A DNA stretch of 64,000 nt from Candidatus Binatia bacterium (lineage in GTDB: Bacteria; Desulfobacterota; Binatia; HRBIN30): NCBI GenBank assembly GCA_050015455.1, contig JBEKBJ010000017.1, positions 5,375 to 69,374 of the forward strand. Direction: 5' to 3'. The notes beneath the pieces are model-generated. The model searched no databases. It was not told the DNA's origin and saw only the letters and a list, made by a program, of their open reading frames with translations. The translations under genes and the position numbers were made by a program. This document shows, one piece after another, positions 17,910 to 26,767 of the stretch; within the stretch, counting starts at the first letter, position 1, and each line of letters opens with the position of its first letter.

Positions 17910-18137
17910 GTGCGAGACATGGCACGCCACGATCGCAAGGGTGAGATGCACCGCCGCCGCGTGCGGCGGCAGAAGCTGGCGGAGCTGCGGCAACGGTATG
18001 CCGCGGCGAAGACGGAGGAGGAACGCGCGTCGCTGCTTGCCAAGCTGGCGCGCGTAGCGCCCACGCTCTCGCCGCAGCAATTCCTTGCCACCGTGAAAGC
18101 GCCTTCGAAGAGCGCCGGCACGGCTTCGCCTGCCTGA
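17910..18137 (+). CDS. small Arg/Lys-rich protein (DUF6800-like by pattern)
   Basis: 75-aa ORF, HRRRVRRQKLAELRQRYAAAKTEEERASLLAKLARVAP. The pattern recalls a small conserved basic protein family; recognition is from memory only. Confidence 0.4.
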   Translation: MRDMARHDRKGEMHRRRVRRQKLAELRQRYAAAKTEEERASLLAKLARVAPTLSPQQFLATVKAPSKSAGTASPA

Positions 18138-18143
18138 AAGGCG

Positions 18144-19046
18144 TCAGTCGAGATCTTCCCCGTTCATGCCGGCGTTCTTGCGCGCCGTCTTCATCAGCTC
18201 CGCAACCAGCGGGCCGATGCTGGCGGGGTCTTCGACGGGCTTGGCCCTGGGGCCGCGGTGCCAGCCCTCGGCAATTGCCAGCACGTGGCCGGAGGCCTCG
18301 AACACACGCCCGGTGATGTGTCGCGATTCGGCGCTCGCCAGCCATGTGACGATCGGCGCGATCCAGCGTGGGTGCAGGCTCGCCTTGTCCTCTTCTGTGC
18401 CTTGGGCCATCCCGAGGTCCTCGGTCATCCGTGTGAGCGCCCCAGGCGCCACGCAGTTCACCGTGATCCCGTAGCGGCCCAGCTCGCGTGCAGCGATGAT
18501 GGTGAAGGCGGCGATGCCGGCCTTGGCAGCGCCGTAGTTGCTCTGGCCCGGGTTACCGTAGATGCCGGAGACCGAGGTGGTGTTGATGATGCGCGCGTCG
18601 ACCGGTTTGCCGGCCTTCGTCTGATCGCGCCAATACCCGGCGGCGAAATGCGTCATCGCAAACGTTCCCTTCAGGTGCACCTTGATGACCCCGTCCCACT
18701 CCGCCTCGGTCATGTTGACGAGCATCCGATCGCGCAGGATGCCGGCGTTGTTCACCAGGACGTCCAGCTGCCCGTAGGTGTCGACGGCCTGCTGGATCAT
18801 CCGCTGAGCCCCCGCCCAATCACTGACATCGTCACCGTTGACGACCGCTTGGCCGCCGGCGGCCGTGATTTGCTGGACCACTTCCGAAGCCGGCCCCAGC
18901 GACTTGCCGGTCCCATCGCGCTCGCCGCCGAGATCATTGACGATCACCTTGGCACCGTGCGCGGCCAACATGAGCGCGTACTCCCGGCCGATGCCGCGCC
19001 CGGCACCGGTCACAATAACGACCCGACCTTCACATAGTTTGCCCAT
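18144..19046 (-). CDS. SDR-family oxidoreductase
   Basis: 300-aa ORF with Rossmann TGAGRGIG, NNAG, and catalytic S...YGAAK. Confidence 0.9.
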   Translation of the reverse strand: MGKLCEGRVVIVTGAGRGIGREYALMLAAHGAKVIVNDLGGERDGTGKSLGPASEVVQQITAAGGQAVVNGDDVSDWAGAQRMIQQAVDTYGQLDVLVNNAGILRDRMLVNMTEAEWDGVIKVHLKGTFAMTHFAAGYWRDQTKAGKPVDARIINTTSVSGIYGNPGQSNYGAAKAGIAAFTIIAARELGRYGITVNCVAPGALTRMTEDLGMAQGTEEDKASLHPRWIAPIVTWLASAESRHITGRVFEASGHVLAIAEGWHRGPRAKPVEDPASIGPLVAELMKTARKNAGMNGEDLD

Positions 19047-19184
19047 TGCGTGCTCCTCGTTGATTACCTTGGCGCGGGCGTTTGGCCCTCGCCCGTATGT
19101 GTCCGGCGGTTCGCTTACATTACTACAGGCCGGGAATCAATCCACGCCCGGTCCCGGCCCCGGCATGAGCGTCAGGAGCGGGCG

Positions 19185-19655
19185 CTACTTCGTGCCGGTG
19201 ACGGCCTGGAGTACCTGCTCCGGATGTGCTTCGGCGTTCGCGACCTTGGCCCAGTGCTTCTTCACGCGGCCGTCGGGACCGATCCACACCGTCGAGCGGA
19301 TGACGCCCTTGGTTTTCTTGCCGTACATCACCTTCTCGCCGTAGGCTCCGTACTGCCGCATCACTTTGCGGTCGGGATCGGACAGCAACGTAAACGGCAG
19401 CTTGTACTTGGCGGCGAACTTCTGGTGCGAGGCCGCGTCGTCGGCCGACACGCCTAAGACCACGACATTCGCTTTCGCCAGATCCTTCCAGCCGTCGCGA
19501 AACCCGCAGGCTTCTTTGGTGCAGCCGGGCGTGTCGTCCTTGGGATAGAAGTAGAGGATTACGTCTTTGCCGGCTAGGTCTTTCAGCGAGACTTGCCTGC
19601 CGGCGGCGTCGGTGAGAGTGAAATCCGGTGCGGGCTTGCCTTCCTGAATTGCCAT
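19185..19655 (-). CDS. bcp: thioredoxin-dependent peroxiredoxin Bcp
   Basis: 156-aa ORF with GKPAPDFTL and YFYPKDDTPGCTKEAC (peroxidatic and resolving Cys). Confidence 0.92.
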   Translation of the reverse strand: MAIQEGKPAPDFTLTDAAGRQVSLKDLAGKDVILYFYPKDDTPGCTKEACGFRDGWKDLAKANVVVLGVSADDAASHQKFAAKYKLPFTLLSDPDRKVMRQYGAYGEKVMYGKKTKGVIRSTVWIGPDGRVKKHWAKVANAEAHPEQVLQAVTGTK

Positions 19656-19772
19656 ATCGAGCCTCCTTACGGATCAGAGCCTGCCATACGCAGCGCGGCA
19701 ATCAAGAGAGCCACCCCGGGCAAACTCTCCTTCCGATTGCCACGCCGGCGCCTCTCGTGGCATGGAAGCGAT

Positions 19773-20693
19773 ATGATCAGTGATGCAATCAGGCAGAAAT
19801 TGAAGTACGTCAAGGTCTCCGATCCCGACATCGGTCTCGAGCGTTTTCCCGATTTTCTCATCGTCGGCCCGCAGCGCACCGGCACGACGTGGCTGCACGC
19901 CCACCTACGCTACCATCCGGAGATCATGTTGGCCGAGCCCAAGGAACTTTTCTTCTTCAGCAGCTTGAAGACACCCGATAGCCGGCGGTTCCGCTCGAAC
20001 GAACTGGCGCATTACCTGCAGTTTTTCCGCGAGCCACTGTGGCGCGTGGCGCTGCACCACGCGATCAGCCTGTGGCGTTACCGCCAGCTGTACCGGCCCA
20101 AGATCCGCGGCGAAGCCACCGCAAGCTACGCGGCGCTGGATCGCGACATCATCGCCGAGATCAGCGCGCTCAAGCCCGACCTCAAAGTTATCCTGATGAT
20201 CCGCGATCCGGTGGAGCGAGCGTGGTCGCACGCCAAGAAGGATCTCGTGCGCAACCGCCGGCGTCGATTCGAGGATGTCGCCCCGAACGAGTTCGAGCAA
20301 TTCTTCACCGATCCATATCAGCGCCAGTGTGCGCGCGTCACGGAGAATATCGACAACTGGGCAGCGTTCCTGCAGAGGGGTCACCTGCTGGTGGGTTTGT
20401 TCGACGACATCGACGTCCGGCCCGAGGCGCTGCTGCTGGCAGTCATGGACTTCCTAGGCGTGCGCAGCGACCAGCGCTACATCAGCCCTGAAGTGCGCGA
20501 GCGGGTGAATCCTACGGCAGCGAGCAAGATCCCGGATCGTTACCGGCGTTTTCTCGACGAGTTGCTGCATGACGATCTGACCCGGCTACGAGAGCGCCTC
20601 GGGTTATCGTGGTCGCCAGAAGCCAGCGACCCGCTCGACCGCCCGCCAGCTGCCCGGGACGAGCGCTTCATTCTGCCGCTCCATGAGCGCTAG
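19773..20693 (+). CDS. sulfotransferase-family protein
   Basis: ORF 19593-20693. The in-frame ATG at 19773 avoids overlap with bcp. The 5'-PSB-like motif is PDFLIVGPQRTGTTWLHAHL, followed by LMIRDPVERAWSH. Confidence 0.75.
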   Translation: MISDAIRQKLKYVKVSDPDIGLERFPDFLIVGPQRTGTTWLHAHLRYHPEIMLAEPKELFFFSSLKTPDSRRFRSNELAHYLQFFREPLWRVALHHAISLWRYRQLYRPKIRGEATASYAALDRDIIAEISALKPDLKVILMIRDPVERAWSHAKKDLVRNRRRRFEDVAPNEFEQFFTDPYQRQCARVTENIDNWAAFLQRGHLLVGLFDDIDVRPEALLLAVMDFLGVRSDQRYISPEVRERVNPTAASKIPDRYRRFLDELLHDDLTRLRERLGLSWSPEASDPLDRPPAARDERFILPLHER

Positions 20694-21024
20694 AAAGAGT
20701 TGCTTGATTGATGCCTTGCAAGGGGCCCATCCTCTAGGCCTGCAAAGCGTTTCTCATCGAACATCCTTTCTCCGAGCAGGCCAGCTACTTCCGGCTATCT
20801 TCGCAATTGCCTTGGCGCATTTGCATCGGCTCGGTCTACCTGGTACTAATGACGTTAGAAGCTGCTGCGGCTGGGCTTCTGGGGCTCAACACCTACCAAA
20901 GGATTTTCGTAGAAGAGATAATCAAATCCTGGCGGTTTTCCTGCCTCCGAGAAGTCCCTGGCTTGCGATTCATCGTAGAGAGAGAATGCAGTTCTGGCGT
21001 CTTTCTTGCGTGTCCTTGGTTTGC

Positions 21025-21052
21025 GGTTTATAGTAGGAGAGGTTTATAGTAG
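21025..21052 (+). promoter_or_regulatory. 12-nt direct repeat ggtttatagtag x2 (4-nt spacer) with embedded -10-like TATAGT boxes
   Basis: ggtttatagtag occurs at 21025-21036 and 21041-21052. TTGCGT (21006-21011) lies 17 nt before TATAGT (21029-21034). TTGCGG (21021-21026) lies 18 nt before the second TATAGT (21045-21050). The element sits about 175-200 nt upstream of the oxidoreductase operon. Confidence 0.4.
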
Positions 21053-21227
21053 AATACGTAATGCAGTTACGGGGCGCTTCTTACGCGCGCGAATTTCCTG
21101 GTCTGCGGTTCCGGCGGCCGGGAAGCATGCGTATGTGCGCAACCTATTTACTGAAAGCACGGGTGGCGTCTGACGGCAAGTAAGGGACCTGTCGAAATCA
21201 GCCGCGCGCATCCGCAGGAGTCTAAAC

Positions 21228-21503
21228 GTGACTGAGACAGAGGTCGAAAAGAAAACCAAGAAAGTCTATGGCGAGGTCTACATCGACCGCGAGCGCTGCA
21301 AGGGCTGTTCGTTCTGTGTCGAGTTCTGCCCGGCGCACTGCCTGGAGTTGGACAAAGCATACAACTCCAAGGGCTATCATCCGCCGGTGCTGGCGCGGCC
21401 CGACGACTGCAACGGCTGCGACCTGTGCGGCCTGTACTGCCCTGACTTCAGCATCTTTGCGGTGATGCTCAAGGCCAAGAAAAACGGACGAGGGGTTTCG
21501 TGA
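21228..21503 (+). CDS. 2-oxoacid:ferredoxin oxidoreductase delta subunit (2x[4Fe-4S] ferredoxin)
   Basis: 91-aa ORF with CKGCSFCVEFCP and CNGCDLCGLYCP. First gene of the delta-alpha-beta-gamma operon. Confidence 0.9.
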   Translation: MTETEVEKKTKKVYGEVYIDRERCKGCSFCVEFCPAHCLELDKAYNSKGYHPPVLARPDDCNGCDLCGLYCPDFSIFAVMLKAKKNGRGVS

Positions 21504-22669
21504 TGCATGCAGATCCAAGCGGCGTTTTGACTGGCCAACATTATCTCGATGGCAATCATGCGGCATGTGAAGGTGCGCTGGCGGCCGGCTGCCGGTTCGC
21601 TGCCGGTTATCCGATAACCCCGTCGACCGAGATTGTGGAGCGTGCGGCCGCACGTTTTCCGTTTATGGGCGGCATGTTTATCCAGATGGAGGACGAGATC
21701 GCCGCCTCGATCGCGATTCAAGGCGCAGTGTGGGCCGGCAAGAAAGCCATGACAGTGACCAGCGGTCCGGGTTTCTCGCTGATGATGGAGCACATTGGCC
21801 TGGCGGCCATAACCGAGACCCCGTGCGTGTTTTTCAACGTGCAGCGCGGCGGACCGTCGACCGGCCTGCCCACGCTTCCCGGCCAAGCCGACATGATGCA
21901 GGCGCGCTGGGGCTCGCATGGCGATTACGAGATCATCGCTCTGTCTCCGCAGTCGCCGCAGGAGTGTTTCAACATCGCAATCGATGCTTTCAACCTTGCC
22001 GAGCAATGGCGGGTGCCGGTGCTGGTGATGATGGACGAGTGCGTCGGCCACATGACTGAGCGAGTCATCATCCCGAAGGCCGAGACCATTGCGGTGACGG
22101 AAAGGCGCTGGACCAAGAAAAAGCCCAGCGACTACAAACCGTTCGAGGCGGGTCCCGATCTGGTTCCCGACATGGCCAAGGCCGGCGACGGCTATCATCT
22201 CTTTGTCACCGGTTTGACCCACGACGAGCGCGGGTACCCGGTGATGAATTGGCAGGCGCAGGAAAAACTGGTTCACCGCCTGGTCAACAAGATCCGCCTC
22301 TCCACCGAAAAGATCATTCGCTTTGAGGAAGAAGACATCGAAGGCGCAGATGTGGTGGTCGTGTCTTACGGCATCACCGCGAGGGTGGCCCGACGCGGCG
22401 CAGAGCTGGCGCGCCAAAAGGGCGTGAAAGTCGGCATGCTGCGACTGGTCGTGGTTTGGCCGTTTCCGGAAAAGCGTATCCTCGAGTTGGCCTCGAAGGT
22501 CCAGGCCTTGGTGGTCCCGGAGATGAACTACGGACAGATGGTGCTGGAAGTCGAGCGCGCTGCGCACGGCAAGACGAACGTCGTCTGCGTACCCCACGGC
22601 GGCGGCGAAGTGCACGACCCCGAGGTCATTGCCGAGGCGATCATTCGCGCCGCCAAACAACGGAGCTAA
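21500..22669 (+). CDS. 2-oxoacid:ferredoxin oxidoreductase alpha subunit
   Basis: 389-aa ORF with a typical KorA/OorA N-terminus (GNHAACEGALAAGCRFAAGYPITPSTEI). The start overlaps the delta stop. Confidence 0.9.
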   Translation: MMHADPSGVLTGQHYLDGNHAACEGALAAGCRFAAGYPITPSTEIVERAAARFPFMGGMFIQMEDEIAASIAIQGAVWAGKKAMTVTSGPGFSLMMEHIGLAAITETPCVFFNVQRGGPSTGLPTLPGQADMMQARWGSHGDYEIIALSPQSPQECFNIAIDAFNLAEQWRVPVLVMMDECVGHMTERVIIPKAETIAVTERRWTKKKPSDYKPFEAGPDLVPDMAKAGDGYHLFVTGLTHDERGYPVMNWQAQEKLVHRLVNKIRLSTEKIIRFEEEDIEGADVVVVSYGITARVARRGAELARQKGVKVGMLRLVVVWPFPEKRILELASKVQALVVPEMNYGQMVLEVERAAHGKTNVVCVPHGGGEVHDPEVIAEAIIRAAKQRS

Positions 22670-22681
22670 GCGAGGCACGTC

Positions 22682-23581
22682 ATGGCCAACGAAGCTGAAA
22701 ATCCTGTCAACCCATATTTGCGCATGGACCGCATGCCGAGCATTTGGTGCCCGGGGTGCGGCATCGGCACGAGCGTCAACTGCTTCGCTCGTGCGATTAC
22801 CCAGTCCAAGGTCGATGTTAAAAAGCTATCGATCGTCTCGGGCATCGGCTGCACCGGCCGCGTGTCGGGTTACCTCAATTTCGATTCGTTCCACACCACG
22901 CACGGGCGGCCCATCGCCTTTGCCACGGGTCTCAAGTTGGCCAATCCCGAGTTGCACGTCGTCGTCTATTCCGGCGAGGGCGACCTGATTGCCATCGGCG
23001 GCAACCATTTCATCCATGCGGCCCGTCGCAACGTGGACATATTGGTGGTGTGCGTTAACAACTTCGTCTATGGCATGACCGGTGGCCAGGTGAGTCCGAC
23101 CTCGCCTTCGCCGGCGAGCTTCACGACTGCACCTTACGGGCAGTTTGAAGAGCCCTTCAATCTTCCCTATCTGGCCGACTCCTGCGGGGCCGTGTACGTG
23201 GCGCGTTGGACGACCTTTCACGTTCGCCAGATCGCCAAAAGCATGCGCGACGCCTTTGGCAAGAAGGGCTTTCGCTTCATCGAGATCGTTGCGCCGTGCC
23301 CCACGCTCTATCAGCGCCGCAACAGGCTCGGGGACGGTCTGGATGCGATGCGGTACTACAAAGAAAAATCGGTCATCAAGAATGGCGCCGAAACCAAGAG
23401 CCTCAGGATTGACTTTCAATCAGAGATCACGGTCGGGACTTTTGTCGACCGCGAGCGGCCGACCTTCCTTGAGGCGATGAATGACCGCTTCCAAAAGGCC
23501 CTAGGCAACAAGTATGTGCCGTATCCGCTGGGACCGAACCATGAGCTAAAGAGCCAACCCCGGGCGCAGGCCAGCGCCTAA
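22682..23581 (+). CDS. 2-oxoacid:ferredoxin oxidoreductase beta subunit (TPP-binding)
   Basis: 299-aa ORF with WCPGCGIG, SGIGCTGR and GEGDLIAIGGNH (TPP/Mg motif). Confidence 0.9.
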   Translation: MANEAENPVNPYLRMDRMPSIWCPGCGIGTSVNCFARAITQSKVDVKKLSIVSGIGCTGRVSGYLNFDSFHTTHGRPIAFATGLKLANPELHVVVYSGEGDLIAIGGNHFIHAARRNVDILVVCVNNFVYGMTGGQVSPTSPSPASFTTAPYGQFEEPFNLPYLADSCGAVYVARWTTFHVRQIAKSMRDAFGKKGFRFIEIVAPCPTLYQRRNRLGDGLDAMRYYKEKSVIKNGAETKSLRIDFQSEITVGTFVDRERPTFLEAMNDRFQKALGNKYVPYPLGPNHELKSQPRAQASA

Positions 23582-23593
23582 CAGGAGACAGTC

Positions 23594-24139
23594 ATGGCAG
23601 TCACGGAAATCAAACTGGGAGGACTTGGCGGCCAAGGCGTCATCCTTGCCGGGGTCATTGTCGGTAAAGCCGCGGCGCTTTTTGACCACAAAGAAGCCAC
23701 GCTGACGCAAGCGTTCGGACCTGAAGCCCGTGGCAGTAGCTGTAGCGCCCAAGTCGTGGTGTCTGACGATGCGATTCTCTACCCCTATGTGACGCGACCG
23801 AACGTCATGGTCTTGATGTCGCAGGACGCCTACACGCGTTTCTCGCCTGAAGTGGCACAAGGGGGCACTCTCATCATTGAGGAAGAGCTGGTCGAGCCGG
23901 GCTCTGTGCCCAACGGCGCCAAGGTGTTCAAGATCCCGGCAACCCGCATCGCCGAAGAGCTGGGCAGGCGCATGATCCTGAACATCGTCATGGTGGGTTT
24001 CTTTGCCGCCGTTACCAAGCTGGTCAGCGTCGAGGCCATGCGCAAAGCAGTTGAGGACTCGGTGCCGAAAGGCACGACCGACTTAAATCTCAAGGCATTT
24101 GAACGTGGGTACGAGTGGGGACAGAAAGTCCTGAACTGA
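23594..24139 (+). CDS. 2-oxoacid:ferredoxin oxidoreductase gamma subunit
   Basis: 181-aa ORF with LGGLGGQGVILAGVIVGKAA and FGPEARGS. Confidence 0.9.
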   Translation: MAVTEIKLGGLGGQGVILAGVIVGKAAALFDHKEATLTQAFGPEARGSSCSAQVVVSDDAILYPYVTRPNVMVLMSQDAYTRFSPEVAQGGTLIIEEELVEPGSVPNGAKVFKIPATRIAEELGRRMILNIVMVGFFAAVTKLVSVEAMRKAVEDSVPKGTTDLNLKAFERGYEWGQKVLN

Positions 24140-24172
24140 CCTGACCTGATCGAGAAGCGGTATTCACCAGAG

Positions 24173-24208
24173 GGGAGGATGCTACGCCCCAGTCATACGC
24201 ATCCTCTC
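24173..24208 (+). terminator. 10-bp stem hairpin after the gamma subunit gene (weak terminator candidate)
   Basis: gggaggatgc (24173-24182) pairs with gcatcctctc (24199-24208), including one G-U pair. The loop is 16 nt and there is no U-tract. Confidence 0.3.
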
Positions 24209-24253
24209 GCGCCCCTAGGGAACTCGTGCCTGCGGTGCCTGCCGGAGTGCGCG

Positions 24254-24281
24254 TTGACCAGTAGACCGTCCCCGGTATAAT
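24254..24281 (+). promoter_or_regulatory. near-consensus sigma-70 promoter upstream of glmU
   Basis: TTGACC (24254-24259), a 16-nt spacer, then TATAAT (24276-24281). The ORF start TTG at 24290 lies only 9 nt after the -10 box. Confidence 0.5.
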
Positions 24282-24289
24282 TCGAACGC

Positions 24290-25735
24290 TTGACTACTCA
24301 ACGATCAGTTGCGGCAATCGTGTTGGCCGCTGGCCTCGGCACGCGTATGAAGTCGGCCCGGGCCAAGGTGCTGCACCATCTGGCGGGCAAGCCGTTGATT
24401 GCGTATCCGCTGGCGGCGCTGCGTCACGTCGGCATCGATCCGATCGTGGTAGTGGTTGGCTATCAGGCGGATGCGGTGCGTGCCGCCTGCGCCCCATACG
24501 AGGCACGCTTCGCCGTACAAGCGGAACAGAAGGGCACCGGCGACGCGGCGCGGACGGCGCACGCGGCGTTGGAGGCTTTCACCGGTGATGTCGTCCTTGT
24601 CTACGGCGACTTGCCGTTTTTGCGTGCCGAGACCTTTGAACGGCTCATTACAGCGCATCAGGCCACGGGTGCGGCCGTGTCACTGCTGACGGAGACCGTG
24701 GATGCGCCCGCCGATTTCGGCCGCATTGTGCGTGACGAGGCCGGCCGCGTCTCGCAGATCGTTGAGTATCGTGACGCGACCGAAGCACAGCGCCGCATTC
24801 GCGAGATCAACGTCGGCGTCTACTGCGCCGACACCGGTTTCTTGTTCCACGCCTTGCAGCAGCTACAGCCAGCGAACAAGCAACGCGAGCTGTACCTGAC
24901 GGACATCATCGCGTTGGCCTATGACGAAGGGGCACGGATTGCCGACGCACCAGCGACAGCCGGGGAGGGCGCGCAGATCAGCTCGCGCGTAGACCTCGCC
25001 GCACGGGAGAAGACCTTGAAAGACGAAATCAATCGCAAGTGGATGGAAGCCGGCGTCACCCTGGAAGATCCCGCCACCGCGTACATCGGCCCCGACGTCG
25101 TCATCGGTCGTGACACGATCGTCGGACCGAACGTCATCCTGCGCGGCACGACCCGCATCGGCGAAGCCTGCCGGCTGGATGGGACGGCGCTGATCACCGA
25201 CTCCACCATCGCCGACCGCGTGCACATCAAGCTCAGTGTCGTCATGACTGAAGTGACGGTTGCGGACGATGTTCAGGTCGGCCCGTTTGCGCAGCTACGG
25301 CCAGGCACGCATCTGGCCGCCCGCGTGCATGTCGGCGATTTCGTGGAAACGAAGAATGCGCGCATCGGCGCCGGCACCAAGGCTATGCATCTAGCCTACC
25401 TCGGCGACACCGAAATCGGTGAAGAGGCAAACATCGGTGCCGGCACGATCACCTGCAATTACGACGGCTTTCAGAAGCATCGCACCGTCATCGGCAGCCG
25501 CGTCCAGGTGGGCAGCGACTCGCAGTTGGTGGCGCCGGTCGTCGTCGGCGATGACGCCTACCTCGCGACCGGCACGACGGTGAGGAAAAACGTCCCGCCG
25601 GGTGCGCTGGTGTTTAATCCGAGGCGACAGTTACACCGCGAAGGCTGGGTGGCCGCGCGGCGGGCGCGCGCAGCGGCGGGAACCAGCGAGGAGGCCAAAG
25701 GCCAAGGCCCAAAAGTCCAAAGGCGAACAGAATAG
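24290..25735 (+). CDS. glmU: bifunctional UDP-N-acetylglucosamine diphosphorylase / glucosamine-1-phosphate N-acetyltransferase
   Basis: 481-aa ORF with N-terminal LAAGLGTRMKS and a C-terminal left-handed beta-helix with hexapeptide repeats (IGAGTITCNYDG...). It has a basic C-terminal tail of about 25 aa. Confidence 0.92.
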   Translation: MTTQRSVAAIVLAAGLGTRMKSARAKVLHHLAGKPLIAYPLAALRHVGIDPIVVVVGYQADAVRAACAPYEARFAVQAEQKGTGDAARTAHAALEAFTGDVVLVYGDLPFLRAETFERLITAHQATGAAVSLLTETVDAPADFGRIVRDEAGRVSQIVEYRDATEAQRRIREINVGVYCADTGFLFHALQQLQPANKQRELYLTDIIALAYDEGARIADAPATAGEGAQISSRVDLAAREKTLKDEINRKWMEAGVTLEDPATAYIGPDVVIGRDTIVGPNVILRGTTRIGEACRLDGTALITDSTIADRVHIKLSVVMTEVTVADDVQVGPFAQLRPGTHLAARVHVGDFVETKNARIGAGTKAMHLAYLGDTEIGEEANIGAGTITCNYDGFQKHRTVIGSRVQVGSDSQLVAPVVVGDDAYLATGTTVRKNVPPGALVFNPRRQLHREGWVAARRARAAAGTSEEAKGQGPKVQRRTE

Positions 25736-25824
25736 CCGGAGCTTGCGCGCCCGCACGGCCGGCGCGCCGCCAGAAGAAGGCGGCTCCTCAGGGCGAACAC
25801 GTAGCGGCGCAGCATGCGGCGCGC

Positions 25825-26766
25825 CTACGCCGCCTGCCCTTCCGCTTTCACCCAATACCGGTCGACGTCGTCCTGCAATTGCCGCAGGATTTCATCCTGC
25901 CGAACGGGCTGAAACAGATGCTGGTAGCGCCTTTGCCGCTGCAAGTAATCCGCCACCGGGTGGAAGCGCAGCCGCACCGTGTGCACGATCTCGCCGTCGC
26001 GCATTTCCTTGAGCGGCCACACGCCGGTGTCGACGGCGAGCTTTGCCACCTCGACGGATTCGGCCGGCTCCACGCCCCAGCCGGGCGGGCATGGCGATAG
26101 ACTGATGAAGAGTTTCGGTCCGCGCACTCGCCCGGCGCGCACTACTTTATCCATCAGGTCGAGCGGATAGGCGGGGGAAACCGTCGCCACAAACGCCGGA
26201 CCCTGTGCTTGCCAGAGCTTAAATAGGTCCTGCTTTTGCGTCTGCGTCCCCGCCGATGTGGCACGAGTGACCGGCGTGGTGGCCGTGTGTGAACCGAGCG
26301 GCGGTGCCGGCGACATCTGGAATCCGGTGTTGCCGAAGGCTTCGTTGTCGTAACAGAAGTAGTAGAAGTCGAGCCCGCGGTGAATCGCAGCCAGCGTTGC
26401 CTGCAAGCCGATGCCATACGCCGCGCCGCCGCTGGTGACGACCACAACCCTCAGGTCCTCCTCTTTTGACAGCCTGCCCTTTGCAATCAAGAGGTCGAGG
26501 GCGTCGCGAATGCCCTGCGCGCCGGCGGGTGCGGCGGCCATGGCGGTGTAGAGCCAGGAGGAGTGGAAAGGCGTAAAGGGGAAGACCGCCAGTAAGGTCA
26601 GACAACCGGCGGCATTGACGAAGACGACGTTCGGGCCGAGCGCCTTGTGAAACAATCGCAAAGCCAGCAAGCCGCCGCAGCCGGCGCACAGCCCTATGCC
26701 GCCGCCCAGGTACTCCTCAGGTGGGATGTCCTTGATGCTCTTATAGATCTCGCGACGAATGCGCAT
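25825..26766 (-). CDS. 2-oxoacid (pyruvate-type):ferredoxin oxidoreductase beta subunit
   Basis: ORF 25825-26796. The ATG at 26766 lies 1 nt after the alpha stop. Motifs: LCAGCGG, a TPP-binding region (GGAAYGIGLQA) and FCYDNEAFGNTG. Confidence 0.88.
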   Translation of the reverse strand: MRIRREIYKSIKDIPPEEYLGGGIGLCAGCGGLLALRLFHKALGPNVVFVNAAGCLTLLAVFPFTPFHSSWLYTAMAAAPAGAQGIRDALDLLIAKGRLSKEEDLRVVVVTSGGAAYGIGLQATLAAIHRGLDFYYFCYDNEAFGNTGFQMSPAPPLGSHTATTPVTRATSAGTQTQKQDLFKLWQAQGPAFVATVSPAYPLDLMDKVVRAGRVRGPKLFISLSPCPPGWGVEPAESVEVAKLAVDTGVWPLKEMRDGEIVHTVRLRFHPVADYLQRQRRYQHLFQPVRQDEILRQLQDDVDRYWVKAEGQAA

Positions 26767-26767
26767 G

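Noticed and set aside
21377-22678. 433-aa minus-strand ORF. Similar long antisense ORFs lie at 2677-3696, 4334-5341, 35062-36030, 36064-37482, 40537-41760, 59002-60273 and 60703-61677.
   Set aside because: - Each one lies opposite a gene with strong family motifs.
- The translations are Arg/Gly/Pro/His-rich and motif-free.
- I interpret them as high-GC shadow ORFs, not overlapping genes.
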